Part shown: positions 1 through 8,815 of the stretch, piece after piece
How the letters are laid out: each line of letters starts with the position of its first letter
Numbering within the stretch: the stretch's first letter is position 1
Source of the DNA: a virus
IMG/VR virus record: IMGVR_UViG_3300043446_003867
Span: 1 to 64,000 of that record
Length of the DNA: 64,000 bases
Reading direction: 5' to 3' (one strand)
Translations under genes and position numbers: made by a program
The notes under the pieces: generated by a model
What the model was told of the DNA's origin: nothing
The model's database searches: none
Seen by the model: only the letters and a program-made list of their open reading frames with translations

Positions 1-136
1 GCGGGCCCCCCCCCCGCCGGGGCGCCCGAAGTGGGATGCACGCTAGATTCTCTCGGCATCGGCGCGGTTCGCAGAGCGAACCGCTGCCAATGCCGCATTA
101 CGCGCGTCATAGCCGCGCGTAGGGAACCAAGAAGAA

Positions 137-1660
137 ATGAACATCCGAGTCGATAACCGATTGCGTCTCCCGGTGTGGGAGTTGAGCGAGGACGTGGTCG
201 CCGAACTGAAGTCGGCGTGTAGCCATACGAACCCGGCGAAGTTCAAGCTTGAACGACTTGCACGCGGGGCAAAGGGCAAACGGGGTATCGCGTTCCGGAT
301 GGCGGCGAAGCGCGAACCTGACCGCATCGAGACGTGGGCGGTGGAAGGTGATGAATTCACGATGCCGCGGGGTGCTCTGGGTCGGATGCGCGAGATCCTT
401 CGCAAGCACGAGATCGTGTGGAAGGCGGATGATTGCCGGACGAAAGGCAGCGGACCGCGATACACGAAGCAATTGATTCACCGGCCCAACCCGAAGGCGG
501 CGGACGGTGGAGATCTGCGCTGGTATCAGGAAGAAGCGATTGAGGCGGCGATTACGAGACAGAACTGCCTGCTACGAGCGCCAACTGGTTCTGGCAAGAC
601 AACGACCGCTATTGGGCTCCTGGCGCGACTACGACTGCCTACGTTGATCGTGGTGTGGACGGGTGGTCTGCTCGAACAGTGGCGTGACCGCATCGTGGCG
701 GAGCTTGGCATTCCGGCGGAGGAGATCGGCCAGATTGGCGGCGGCGTGCATAAGGTAAAACCTTTTACCTTAGCGATGCAGCAGAGCTTAATGCGCGGAA
801 ACGCTGCGAAATTGCGCGGTGTGTTCGGCGTCGTGATCTGCGACGAGGTGCAGCGGTTCGGGGCGAAGACGTTTTTGGATGTCGTCGACGCGTTCGACTC
901 GCACTACCGGATCGGCATCAGCGCGGACGAGACGCGGAGCGACGGCAAGGAGTTCCTGATCTATGACGAATTCGGCGACGTCGCGCACGAGGTGTCGCGT
1001 GAGCAACTGATCGACGCAGGAGCGGTGCTCGACGTTGAGTGTCGGGTGATTCCGACCGAGTTTCGCGCGGACTGGTACGTCACGGAACGTGATTCGGGTG
1101 GCTCGCCAAATCATACGATGCTGCTGGAAGAGATGACGGCGGACGAGACGCGAACAAAACTTGCGGTCGATATAGCGGCACAAGAGGTCGCGGCGGGGCA
1201 ACAAGTCGTCGTTCTTACGCACCGCGTCGAACATGCGAAGCGGATCGCGGTGGATCTTGTCGCGCGGGGGATCGAGGCGGACACGATGCTTGGCGGCGAG
1301 GAGAACAAAGGGCGATTCGAGGAGGCGCGATCCCGCCTTAAAGCGGGGCAACTTCGTGCCGTAGCTGCGACGGTGCAGGCGATGGGGACCGGGATCGATA
1401 TTCCGAGCCTTTCGCGTGGAGTCCTTGCAACCCCGATCGGCGCAAACAAGCAGTTGTATGGGCAGATTCGCGGGCGCTTGTGCAGGACCGGTAAAGATGA
1501 CGCAGTGCTCTATGTGTTGTGGGATCGCCATGTGCACGGGCTTGCGTCATTGAAGCGGTACGGGACGTGGAACCGTACGACGTTGGTGCAAGCGGGCGGT
1601 GAGTGGATAGACGCACGCGGATACATGAAGGGAACGAACGATGCGAAGGATGAAGGGTAA
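137..1660 (+). CDS. SF2 (DEAD/DEAH-like) helicase
   Basis: Walker A APTGSGKT, motif II CDEVQ, motif III GISAD, C-terminal GIDIP and QIRGR motifs. Confidence 0.9.
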   Translation: MNIRVDNRLRLPVWELSEDVVAELKSACSHTNPAKFKLERLARGAKGKRGIAFRMAAKREPDRIETWAVEGDEFTMPRGALGRMREILRKHEIVWKADDCRTKGSGPRYTKQLIHRPNPKAADGGDLRWYQEEAIEAAITRQNCLLRAPTGSGKTTTAIGLLARLRLPTLIVVWTGGLLEQWRDRIVAELGIPAEEIGQIGGGVHKVKPFTLAMQQSLMRGNAAKLRGVFGVVICDEVQRFGAKTFLDVVDAFDSHYRIGISADETRSDGKEFLIYDEFGDVAHEVSREQLIDAGAVLDVECRVIPTEFRADWYVTERDSGGSPNHTMLLEEMTADETRTKLAVDIAAQEVAAGQQVVVLTHRVEHAKRIAVDLVARGIEADTMLGGEENKGRFEEARSRLKAGQLRAVAATVQAMGTGIDIPSLSRGVLATPIGANKQLYGQIRGRLCRTGKDDAVLYVLWDRHVHGLASLKRYGTWNRTTLVQAGGEWIDARGYMKGTNDAKDEG

Positions 1661-1943
1661 CGAAGAGGCGTCGCCGGTGGGTGGTCCGGAGGCGAAACCG
1701 CGCGTGACGACGCTCACGGTGACGTGGGGGGCGGAAAAACTCTCGCCGATTCAGTACCACACGCTCGATATCGGTCCGGTTAGCGCCACGGTCGAGGTTC
1801 CCGAGGGGATGAGCGCGGAGAGCGCGCATCGGGCGGTGCTTTCGGAACTCCGGCTTCTCGTGGCCAACCAGTTTGAAACGCAGCTCGAAGACTTCATGCA
1901 GCGTGTGCGTGCGGCGGCGACAGCGGTGCGAGGGGCGAAATGA
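1641..1943 (+). CDS. hypothetical phage protein
   Basis: ORF tightly packed in the operon, ATGA overlap with the next gene. Confidence 0.6.
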   Translation: MRRMKGNEEASPVGGPEAKPRVTTLTVTWGAEKLSPIQYHTLDIGPVSATVEVPEGMSAESAHRAVLSELRLLVANQFETQLEDFMQRVRAAATAVRGAK

Positions 1944-2392
1944 GGCGCTTGATCACGGATATTGACCACAACACGCGTGAGTTCCTGGGCGCTGACAAGC
2001 CGAAGCGTGAACGTGGGCCGAACAAGGCGAAGATTCGGCGCGAGATCCGCGAGATGATCGATCGGAAAGACTTTGAGGGGGTGAAGCCGTCGCATCTCGT
2101 CGCGCTCTACGAGTACTGCCACGAGATGGTCTACGGCGAACTACCGTTGGAGATCGACTCACCGACGACGTGGAAGATGGCGACGTATGCGGCTGGTCGG
2201 TTGGTGAAAAAGCATTTCGAGGGCGACGCGGTGAGCGCGGTGGAGTTTGTTCGGTGGACGTGGGCGCGGGAGAAGCAGCGGCTTTCTTGGCGTGCAAAAC
2301 GAGGCATCACGTCGACGCGGCTCGGTTGGCGGCTTCAGTTCCGAGACGACATGGTTACGGATTATCGGATCGCATCGAGGGGGGAACCGTGA
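1940..2392 (+). CDS. hypothetical phage protein
   Basis: coupled by ATGA/GTGA overlaps on both sides. Confidence 0.65.
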   Translation: MRRLITDIDHNTREFLGADKPKRERGPNKAKIRREIREMIDRKDFEGVKPSHLVALYEYCHEMVYGELPLEIDSPTTWKMATYAAGRLVKKHFEGDAVSAVEFVRWTWAREKQRLSWRAKRGITSTRLGWRLQFRDDMVTDYRIASRGEP

Positions 2393-2643
2393 GCAATAAG
2401 ATCGATCTGCGTGCGCACGGGATTGTGTGGGATGCGGTCGCGTTGTTTATGCAGCTCCGGAAGTCGGAGGGCGCGTCGTTGCACGATGCGTCGATCGAGA
2501 TTGTTGCGGCGCTCATGGATTCTTCGGCGCGGATCAACATCATGCGTGGGCTCGACACGGCGGCATACGTCAAGATCGCGCATGATCATTACGAGAGCAC
2601 TCGCGAGATGATGCGCGAGGATTTGGCGCGGACGAGTAACTGA
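2389..2643 (+). CDS. hypothetical protein (GTG start)
   Basis: GTGA overlap, G-rich SD upstream, ends 1 nt before the helicase. Confidence 0.6.
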   Translation: MSNKIDLRAHGIVWDAVALFMQLRKSEGASLHDASIEIVAALMDSSARINIMRGLDTAAYVKIAHDHYESTREMMREDLARTSN

Positions 2644-2644
2644 C

Positions 2645-4141
2645 ATGGGGCGTCGAATTCTTAAGACAGAGTCCGAGACGGAATCGGCTCCTCTACCGAC
2701 GCGCCCGCGTGCAGATGCGGTGCAGATTCCGCACGATGTGATCAACGAGCAGACGCTCATCGCGGCGGCAATCGTCGACGCGAAGGCGCGCAAGAAGCTC
2801 ACGCTAAAGCTCAAGCCCGATGCGTTCCTCGTCAAAGAGCACGCCGAGATATGGATCGCGCTCAGCGAACTCGCTCGGCGCGATCTTGAATACGATCCGG
2901 CGACGTTGCGAACGATCGCGGGAACGCGCGTCGATGAGGAGTACATCGCGCAGTTGCTCGACGGGCGACGCGGAACGCCGGCGAATCTTGACCATCATGT
3001 GTCGATGCTCGAATGGGACCGGGCGCGCGTCGAAGCGGTTCGCGGTCCGCTCTCGCAGTTGCTCGAATCCCTTAAAGATCCGACCACGCCGCCGGAACGC
3101 GTTCGGGCGTACGCGCAGGCGGCGTCGAGTATGTTTTCGCAGGGTGCGTCGACGAGCTTGCTGCGCGAACCGACGGGGCTTGTGCAGTCGGCGTTGGCAC
3201 AACTTCGAAGCAAGCGGGATCAGGCTTGCTACCCATTTGGTATCGAGGGGTTTGATCGTCACGATGACGGTCGCTGGCGTATGGTGCCGGGCATGGCGCC
3301 GGGGCTAATCACGGTGCTCACGGGCGTGCCGGGCTCCGGCAAGTCGACGGTGACGGCGCGCATCGCGCTCGCGCAGATCAAAGCGGGACGGCGTGTTGCT
3401 TACGGCGCGTGGGAGATGGGCGATGAGCAGACGCTGATGCTCCTCGCGGCGATGGATCTCGGGTGGGGGCGCACGAAGCTCCAAACCGGCGATCTCACCG
3501 ACGACGAAGAGAAGGTGCTCGGCGAGAAGATGGAGGAGCTAGCGACGCACGTCCGCTTCGTGATGCCGCCGTTCTCGCCTCGGACGATGGTGAGCGGCGG
3601 CGCGGGGCGCGAGCGCGTGACGAACGATCGCGTGCTTGATCAGCTTCATGCGGTGCTTTCCGACGTCGGAGCGGACGTGTTTATCGCTGACCTGTTCAAG
3701 CGCCTGCTTCGACGGATCGAGCCGGACGAGGAGGAGCAGGCGCTCGTGCGCATTCAGGCCATCGCGGCGGATACGCGAACGCACTGCCTACTTCTCCAGC
3801 AGCAGCGCTCGAAGGACGTCGAAGCGCGTGCGGATAAGCGCCCGACGCGCGAAGGCATCAAGGGCTCCGGCGCGTGGGTCGAGATCGCCGACACCATCAT
3901 CGGCGTGCATCGGCAGGCGTTGTTCAAGAACATCGACGACGTCACGATCGAGCTAGACGTGCTCAAACAGCGTTGGGGCGCGTGGCCGATGGCGGTAGAA
4001 TTCGGGTGGGATAGCGAATTTGGGGCGATCTCGGGCGGGCGGGAAGTCTCGATTAACGTCTCGTTGGACGACGAGGGAGTCGACGGATTTCTTGACGCGC
4101 CGGTCAAAAAGGCGAAGCGGATGCAAAAGGGGCGAAAGTGA
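2645..4141 (+). CDS. dnaB: DnaB-like replicative helicase
   Basis: Walker A GVPGSGKST, EM motif, KGSGAWVEIADTII and KQR motifs; adjacent to primase. Confidence 0.85.
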   Translation: MGRRILKTESETESAPLPTRPRADAVQIPHDVINEQTLIAAAIVDAKARKKLTLKLKPDAFLVKEHAEIWIALSELARRDLEYDPATLRTIAGTRVDEEYIAQLLDGRRGTPANLDHHVSMLEWDRARVEAVRGPLSQLLESLKDPTTPPERVRAYAQAASSMFSQGASTSLLREPTGLVQSALAQLRSKRDQACYPFGIEGFDRHDDGRWRMVPGMAPGLITVLTGVPGSGKSTVTARIALAQIKAGRRVAYGAWEMGDEQTLMLLAAMDLGWGRTKLQTGDLTDDEEKVLGEKMEELATHVRFVMPPFSPRTMVSGGAGRERVTNDRVLDQLHAVLSDVGADVFIADLFKRLLRRIEPDEEEQALVRIQAIAADTRTHCLLLQQQRSKDVEARADKRPTREGIKGSGAWVEIADTIIGVHRQALFKNIDDVTIELDVLKQRWGAWPMAVEFGWDSEFGAISGGREVSINVSLDDEGVDGFLDAPVKKAKRMQKGRK

Positions 4142-5064
4142 AAGCGGACGTCGGGAAGGTGTTGGCGAAGCTCGGGATCGCGTATCGCCAGCAGGGAAAC
4201 GAACTGCATGCGTTGTGTCCGGCGCACGAGGACCGCAAACCGTCGTGGTCGATCAACGTTGCAACGGGTCAGCATCACTGTTTCTCGTGTGGGTGGGGCG
4301 GCGGTATCGCGACGCTCGTGCAGCGCGTCCGCGGCCTTGAAGGCTTGATCTGGAACACGGGTGATGCGTGGGATTGGATGCGCGCGAACGGGCTCCTACT
4401 TGGTGACGGAGAACGCTCGCTTGATTTGGAGTTGACGCTTCGGATGCCGTCGACGAGGCCGTTCGTGTTGCCGACCTTGATTGGCGCGGGGCAGTTAACG
4501 CTCTGGCCGACACCAGCGGTGCGGTACGCGCACGAACGGCGGATCCCTGGTTGGCAGATCAAGCGGTACGGGATCGGCGTTGCGATTGATGGTCGCCTCG
4601 CGAATCGTGTCGTGTTTCCCGTGCGCGATTCACAAGGCAACGAGATCAGCTACTCGGCGCGATCGTTCGTCGGCGCGCAGCCGCGTTACTTGACGCCGCA
4701 AGAAACGGAGAACCCGAAGCAAGGGGCGCTGTTCGGTGAGCAGTATTGGCCCGCGCCGGGATCGCGCACGCGCATCGTGGTCGTGGAGGGGGCGATCAAG
4801 GCGCTTGCGGTGGAGCGCGCGGCTGGCTGCGCGGTTGCGGGAATCCTCGGCGCGTCGCAGGCGAAGCATCCGATCGTCGCGGCGAAGTTGGCGACGTTTC
4901 GCGAGGTCACGGTGCTTCTCGACAACGACGAAGCGGGTGAGACGAACGCGGAAACCTTGCTTGGAGCGCTTCGACGACACACCACAGTGAAGCGCGCGAG
5001 GATGCCGGGCAAACTGGCGGCAGACGATGCGACGCCTACGGACGTGATGAGGGCGCTTGCATGA
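4138..5064 (+). CDS. dnaG: DNA primase (CHC2 zinc finger + TOPRIM)
   Basis: CPAHED...CFSCG zinc finger, VVEG and LDNDEAG TOPRIM motifs. Confidence 0.9.
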   Translation: MKADVGKVLAKLGIAYRQQGNELHALCPAHEDRKPSWSINVATGQHHCFSCGWGGGIATLVQRVRGLEGLIWNTGDAWDWMRANGLLLGDGERSLDLELTLRMPSTRPFVLPTLIGAGQLTLWPTPAVRYAHERRIPGWQIKRYGIGVAIDGRLANRVVFPVRDSQGNEISYSARSFVGAQPRYLTPQETENPKQGALFGEQYWPAPGSRTRIVVVEGAIKALAVERAAGCAVAGILGASQAKHPIVAAKLATFREVTVLLDNDEAGETNAETLLGALRRHTTVKRARMPGKLAADDATPTDVMRALA

Positions 5065-5381
5065 ATCGATCGACGGCAATCGGCAGGCTTTTTCGAGAGG
5101 ATCAGCTAGCGGGTCGCGCGGAGTTCGTTCGAGTGCTTCGGCGTCAGCATGGGCGCGTTGATCGCGTAGCGATCGACCTGGGTATCGGATGGCGACACGT
5201 CATCGAAATCATCTGGCGCGAGGGCTTGTGGGAAACGGTCGATAAAATCCGGGCGGAGAATCGCGATCACATCATTTACGAAGACGAGGAATGGCTCATG
5301 AAAACGCGTGCGGCGCTGGGCGTTCCTCACATTAGGCCGGTTCAGAAACGTCGCGGCGCGCGCGCAAGTAAGTGGGGATGA
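5061..5381 (+). CDS. hypothetical, possible HTH protein
   Basis: ATGA overlap; RVAIDLGIGWRHV resembles an HTH. Confidence 0.5.
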   Translation: MNRSTAIGRLFREDQLAGRAEFVRVLRRQHGRVDRVAIDLGIGWRHVIEIIWREGLWETVDKIRAENRDHIIYEDEEWLMKTRAALGVPHIRPVQKRRGARASKWG

Positions 5382-5689
5382 ACATGGAAGCGAACCAACA
5401 TGTGACGCCGGCGATGCGGAGCCGGTTGGACGTTCTCACGCCGGCACACGTCGCCGATGCGGCGCGGGCGTTGATCTTTCGACTTCGGCACCTACACGAG
5501 AACTTCGCGACTCGTGGCGGCGATTCCGACAAGGCGATGCGCCAACACGAGCGGATGACGGAGTCGCTTGCGAACTTCATCGCGATACTCGCTGCCGATG
5601 ACGCGTATCGCGAGATCGCTTCCGAACTCCGCGCGGGATTGGAGGCGGCGATTTCGTCAGCAAAATCCCAAGGTTTCCGAAAAAAGTAG
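5378..5689 (+). CDS. hypothetical protein
   Basis: ATGA overlap with the previous ORF. Confidence 0.55.
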   Translation: MNMEANQHVTPAMRSRLDVLTPAHVADAARALIFRLRHLHENFATRGGDSDKAMRQHERMTESLANFIAILAADDAYREIASELRAGLEAAISSAKSQGFRKK

Positions 5690-5787
5690 CATCATGCGTC
5701 TTTTTCTTATTGCGTCCTGAGCACGAATCAGCGACTGTTGATCCCGCTGAGGTCAAGGAACCTCCCAAGCAGAAAGAAGGAAACATC

Positions 5788-7269
5788 ATGTTCGAGATCT
5801 CGCTCAACGGTCAGGCGCGCACGGTCGACACCCAGGCGGAGGTTTGGGCGGTCGCCGACGAGATGGTCAAGCAGGCGGGTGGCGGCGTCCCGGCGATCCG
5901 CGAGATTGCGGCGGTGCCGGTCAACAAGGCGCGCCCCTCCGGGTGGGACGTCAAGCCGGAGCACGTCGACGCGGACGCGAAGGCGCGTGTGTTGGCGGAC
6001 ATGGCGGCGGCGCGCAACGCGGGGTTCGAGTTGAAGGAACCGCTGTTCGAGGCGGGCACCCGCGTCAACGAGATCGGCGTCGAGAACGCGCGCTCGGCGC
6101 GCCTCGACTTCGAGGCGAAGCCGCTGGTTGCCGACGCGATGAACGCGCTCTGCGCGCGCGTCGAGGCGGAGCAGCGCGAGGACGTCGTCGTCGAGTCGAC
6201 GGCGCTGGCGATGGACGTCCGCGGCCTGATCGTCGCGAAGGGTGCGCGGTTCCCGATGGCGGAGCGCGCGCTGAAGTCGCTGTGCGCGCGATTGGATCTG
6301 CCGCGCGGGGCGGGCACCTATCTCTCGGAATGCTGGCCCGAGTTGCGCGCGAAGAACATCAACAACTGGGTTCAGGCGATTGCGGCGGACGAGCAGAAGG
6401 CGCGCGCGGAAGCGTTCGCGAAGAACGAAAAGTTCGAGCCGGCGCTGGTGGCGCTCCGCACCCGGTTGTCGGAGGTGGGCAACCGCTACGTTTACGCGAC
6501 CGTGAGCGATTCGTATGCCGCGTATGACATCGATCAGGTGGCGCAGGCGATCGCGCTGGCGATGCCGAACGACGCTCGCGCCGAGGTGCACTACAACGGG
6601 CGCAGCGCCGAGATTCTGGTTCACTTCCACAGCACCGTGCAGCCCGAGGATTACGCGGCGGGCGAGGTGTTCCGCGCCGGACTGCGCTTCCGCACGGACG
6701 ATACTGGCGGCGGCGCGCTTAAGGGGTTCAGCTTCGTCGAGCAGAACCTCTGCCTCAACCTGATCATCACCAATCAGGCGGCGCTGCCGGTCTTCCAGCT
6801 TGCCCACCTCGGCAGCGTCGAGAAGATGGCCGAAAAGTTCGGCGAGGGTATGAAGGCGGCGCAGGATACGGTCGCGCCCTTCATGAAGCAGTGGGGGTAC
6901 GCGCGCAAGGACGACCTCGTCGCTGCGACCGTTGACGAGCGCAGCGGCTACGAGGGTATCGACATCACCGAGATCATGCAGGCGCTCCTGAACGGCGCGA
7001 TCGAGCGCAAGCTCGTGACGGTGCCGGGGCGACGCGAAGAGTCTATCCCCAAGATCGTCGAGGCGTGGACGCGCGACGAGGGCACCGACGGCCCGCTGCG
7101 TGGCACCATCACCCGCGCGGGATTCGTGAACGCGCTTACCCGCTATGCGCACGAAGACGTGGGTGATAGCTGGGCGGCGCACGAGATCGAACGCTCCGCG
7201 TCGACCCTGCTGTGGCCGACGCACAAGGGCGGGCCTCTCCCGCACATTCCGTTCGCCCCTCTCGCGTGA
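5788..7269 (+). CDS. DUF932/DUF945-like protein
   Basis: SD GAAGGA before ATG 5788; GLRFRTDDTGGGA...NLCLN resembles the DUF932 core. Confidence 0.6.
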   Translation: MFEISLNGQARTVDTQAEVWAVADEMVKQAGGGVPAIREIAAVPVNKARPSGWDVKPEHVDADAKARVLADMAAARNAGFELKEPLFEAGTRVNEIGVENARSARLDFEAKPLVADAMNALCARVEAEQREDVVVESTALAMDVRGLIVAKGARFPMAERALKSLCARLDLPRGAGTYLSECWPELRAKNINNWVQAIAADEQKARAEAFAKNEKFEPALVALRTRLSEVGNRYVYATVSDSYAAYDIDQVAQAIALAMPNDARAEVHYNGRSAEILVHFHSTVQPEDYAAGEVFRAGLRFRTDDTGGGALKGFSFVEQNLCLNLIITNQAALPVFQLAHLGSVEKMAEKFGEGMKAAQDTVAPFMKQWGYARKDDLVAATVDERSGYEGIDITEIMQALLNGAIERKLVTVPGRREESIPKIVEAWTRDEGTDGPLRGTITRAGFVNALTRYAHEDVGDSWAAHEIERSASTLLWPTHKGGPLPHIPFAPLA

Positions 7270-7282
7270 GGGGTGTGTCGAT

Positions 7283-7316
7283 GGGGGGGCGCTACGGCGC
7301 TCCCCCGGTTCCTTTT
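7283..7316 (+). terminator. probable intrinsic terminator
   Basis: GGGGGGCGC-TACG-GCGCTCCCC hairpin followed by TTCCTTTT. Confidence 0.55.
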
Positions 7317-7331
7317 CGTCTCGGGGGCATC

Positions 7332-7871
7332 ATGGATTTTGCATCGTTTCGTAAGGAGTACTCGCGCCAGTTTGCCGGCATGGCAAATCGGATTTGGAGC
7401 GGTTGGCGGTTGCCTGCGGCAGTCTCGCGCGAGGACGTTGAGCAGGAAATGTGGGCGAACGCGTGGCTTGCCTGGAATAACTGGCAACCGGGGCGTGGCG
7501 AGATGGAGCGGCACGTCTATGCGGTGGTCACCGCGAAGCAGGCGGCGGTCCGGTGGGTTCACGTTCAGCGTAACTCGTTGCGGCGTAGCGATACGGCTCC
7601 GGGCAGGTTCGCGGAAGGCCACGAACAGATCGACGAGTTGCAGTGTATGCAGTCGACGCAGGAGCTGGCGCTGGTGTTCGAGCAATCGCTGAGGGCGACT
7701 CTTCGCGCGTGCAACGAATTGGAGCGGGAAGCGGTGCGTGCGTTGGTGCGGCACGCGTTTGACGTCGACGCGGCGGCTACGGCGATGGCAAGCGTGGCGT
7801 TTCCGCGAATCAAGGCGCGTGCGTTGGTTGGCAAGATGGCGCGGACGGTCGAAACGGCGGTGAGCGCATGA
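7332..7871 (+). CDS. phage sigma-70-like factor
   Basis: region-2-like EDVEQEMW...W; region-4-like helical C-terminus; 179 aa. Confidence 0.6.
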   Translation: MDFASFRKEYSRQFAGMANRIWSGWRLPAAVSREDVEQEMWANAWLAWNNWQPGRGEMERHVYAVVTAKQAAVRWVHVQRNSLRRSDTAPGRFAEGHEQIDELQCMQSTQELALVFEQSLRATLRACNELEREAVRALVRHAFDVDAAATAMASVAFPRIKARALVGKMARTVETAVSA

Positions 7872-8815
7872 GGAAGATTGGCGGACTGAAGGCGACCGAA
7901 ATCAAATTCGCGGTCGTGGAGGCGGCGCTAAAGCGTAATCAGCTCGCGATCGGTGGGACGGACGTGCAGCGAATCGCGCGCTTGCAAGCGTTCTACCGAG
8001 AGCATACGCCGAAAGAGAGACTGGCCGATTGCAGCGTGTGCGACGGCATCAGCGACATCATGGAACCGGGATGCCCGTACTGCGGCGATGGGGCGCCGGA
8101 TCCCAATAAGCTCGTGCAGCTGAAGCCGTCGGCGATCGTGATGACGCCGGAGCGCGAACTGGATACCGTCGTCAAGCGGGTGCTCGACCTCAAGTCCCGG
8201 ACGGCCGACGCGTTGTGGGAACTGGGTGAGGAGATTCGGAAGCTCTACGAGTCGCAGCTTTGGCAGCGTCGTACCAATGACGACGGGCAGCAGAAGTACA
8301 AACAGTGGGCGACGTTCGTGGAGGCGGAACTCGGCATCAGCAACACGTACTCGTACCGGCTGATGGATATCGCGACGAAGTTCGATCGTGAGCAGGTGCG
8401 GGCATTCGGTCCGACCAAACTAAGCATGACGCTTCGCGTTCCCGACGAGGAGCGCGAAAAGATGCTTCGGGCGGCGGCGGAAGGCGCGTCGGTGTCGCAG
8501 CTTCGTGAACTGGCGCGCGATATCGGCGTTGTGGCGCAGGGATCGAATCGCGGCGCGAAAGGTGGAGCGGGACGCCACAAGCGGAGCAAAGCGCAGGATC
8601 GTCCGCGCTACTATGAGCGGTACCGGCTCAAGAATCTCCTCGGGCGGCGCGAGATGGTTCCTCATCGTGACGGGGAGTTGAAGGGGAACAAAATCCGGAT
8701 GCAGTACCCATTGGTGTGTGAGGAGCAGATCGCGCCGGGGCTCAAGCAGCGGTTCGTGCTCACGAACGACGTCGACGGGACGCTGATCTTGATCGTGGAG
8801 AGGGTTCGCGGATGA
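7868..8815 (+). CDS. Zn-ribbon + DUF3102-like DNA-binding protein
   Basis: CSVC...CPYC; LWELGEEI...WATFVEAELGIS...YRLM pattern. Confidence 0.5.
   Translation: MRKIGGLKATEIKFAVVEAALKRNQLAIGGTDVQRIARLQAFYREHTPKERLADCSVCDGISDIMEPGCPYCGDGAPDPNKLVQLKPSAIVMTPERELDTVVKRVLDLKSRTADALWELGEEIRKLYESQLWQRRTNDDGQQKYKQWATFVEAELGISNTYSYRLMDIATKFDREQVRAFGPTKLSMTLRVPDEEREKMLRAAAEGASVSQLRELARDIGVVAQGSNRGAKGGAGRHKRSKAQDRPRYYERYRLKNLLGRREMVPHRDGELKGNKIRMQYPLVCEEQIAPGLKQRFVLTNDVDGTLILIVERVRG

Noticed and set aside
1-30. Poly-C/GC run at the window start
   Set aside because: Edge of the window, possibly low-quality sequence; no context to interpret it.
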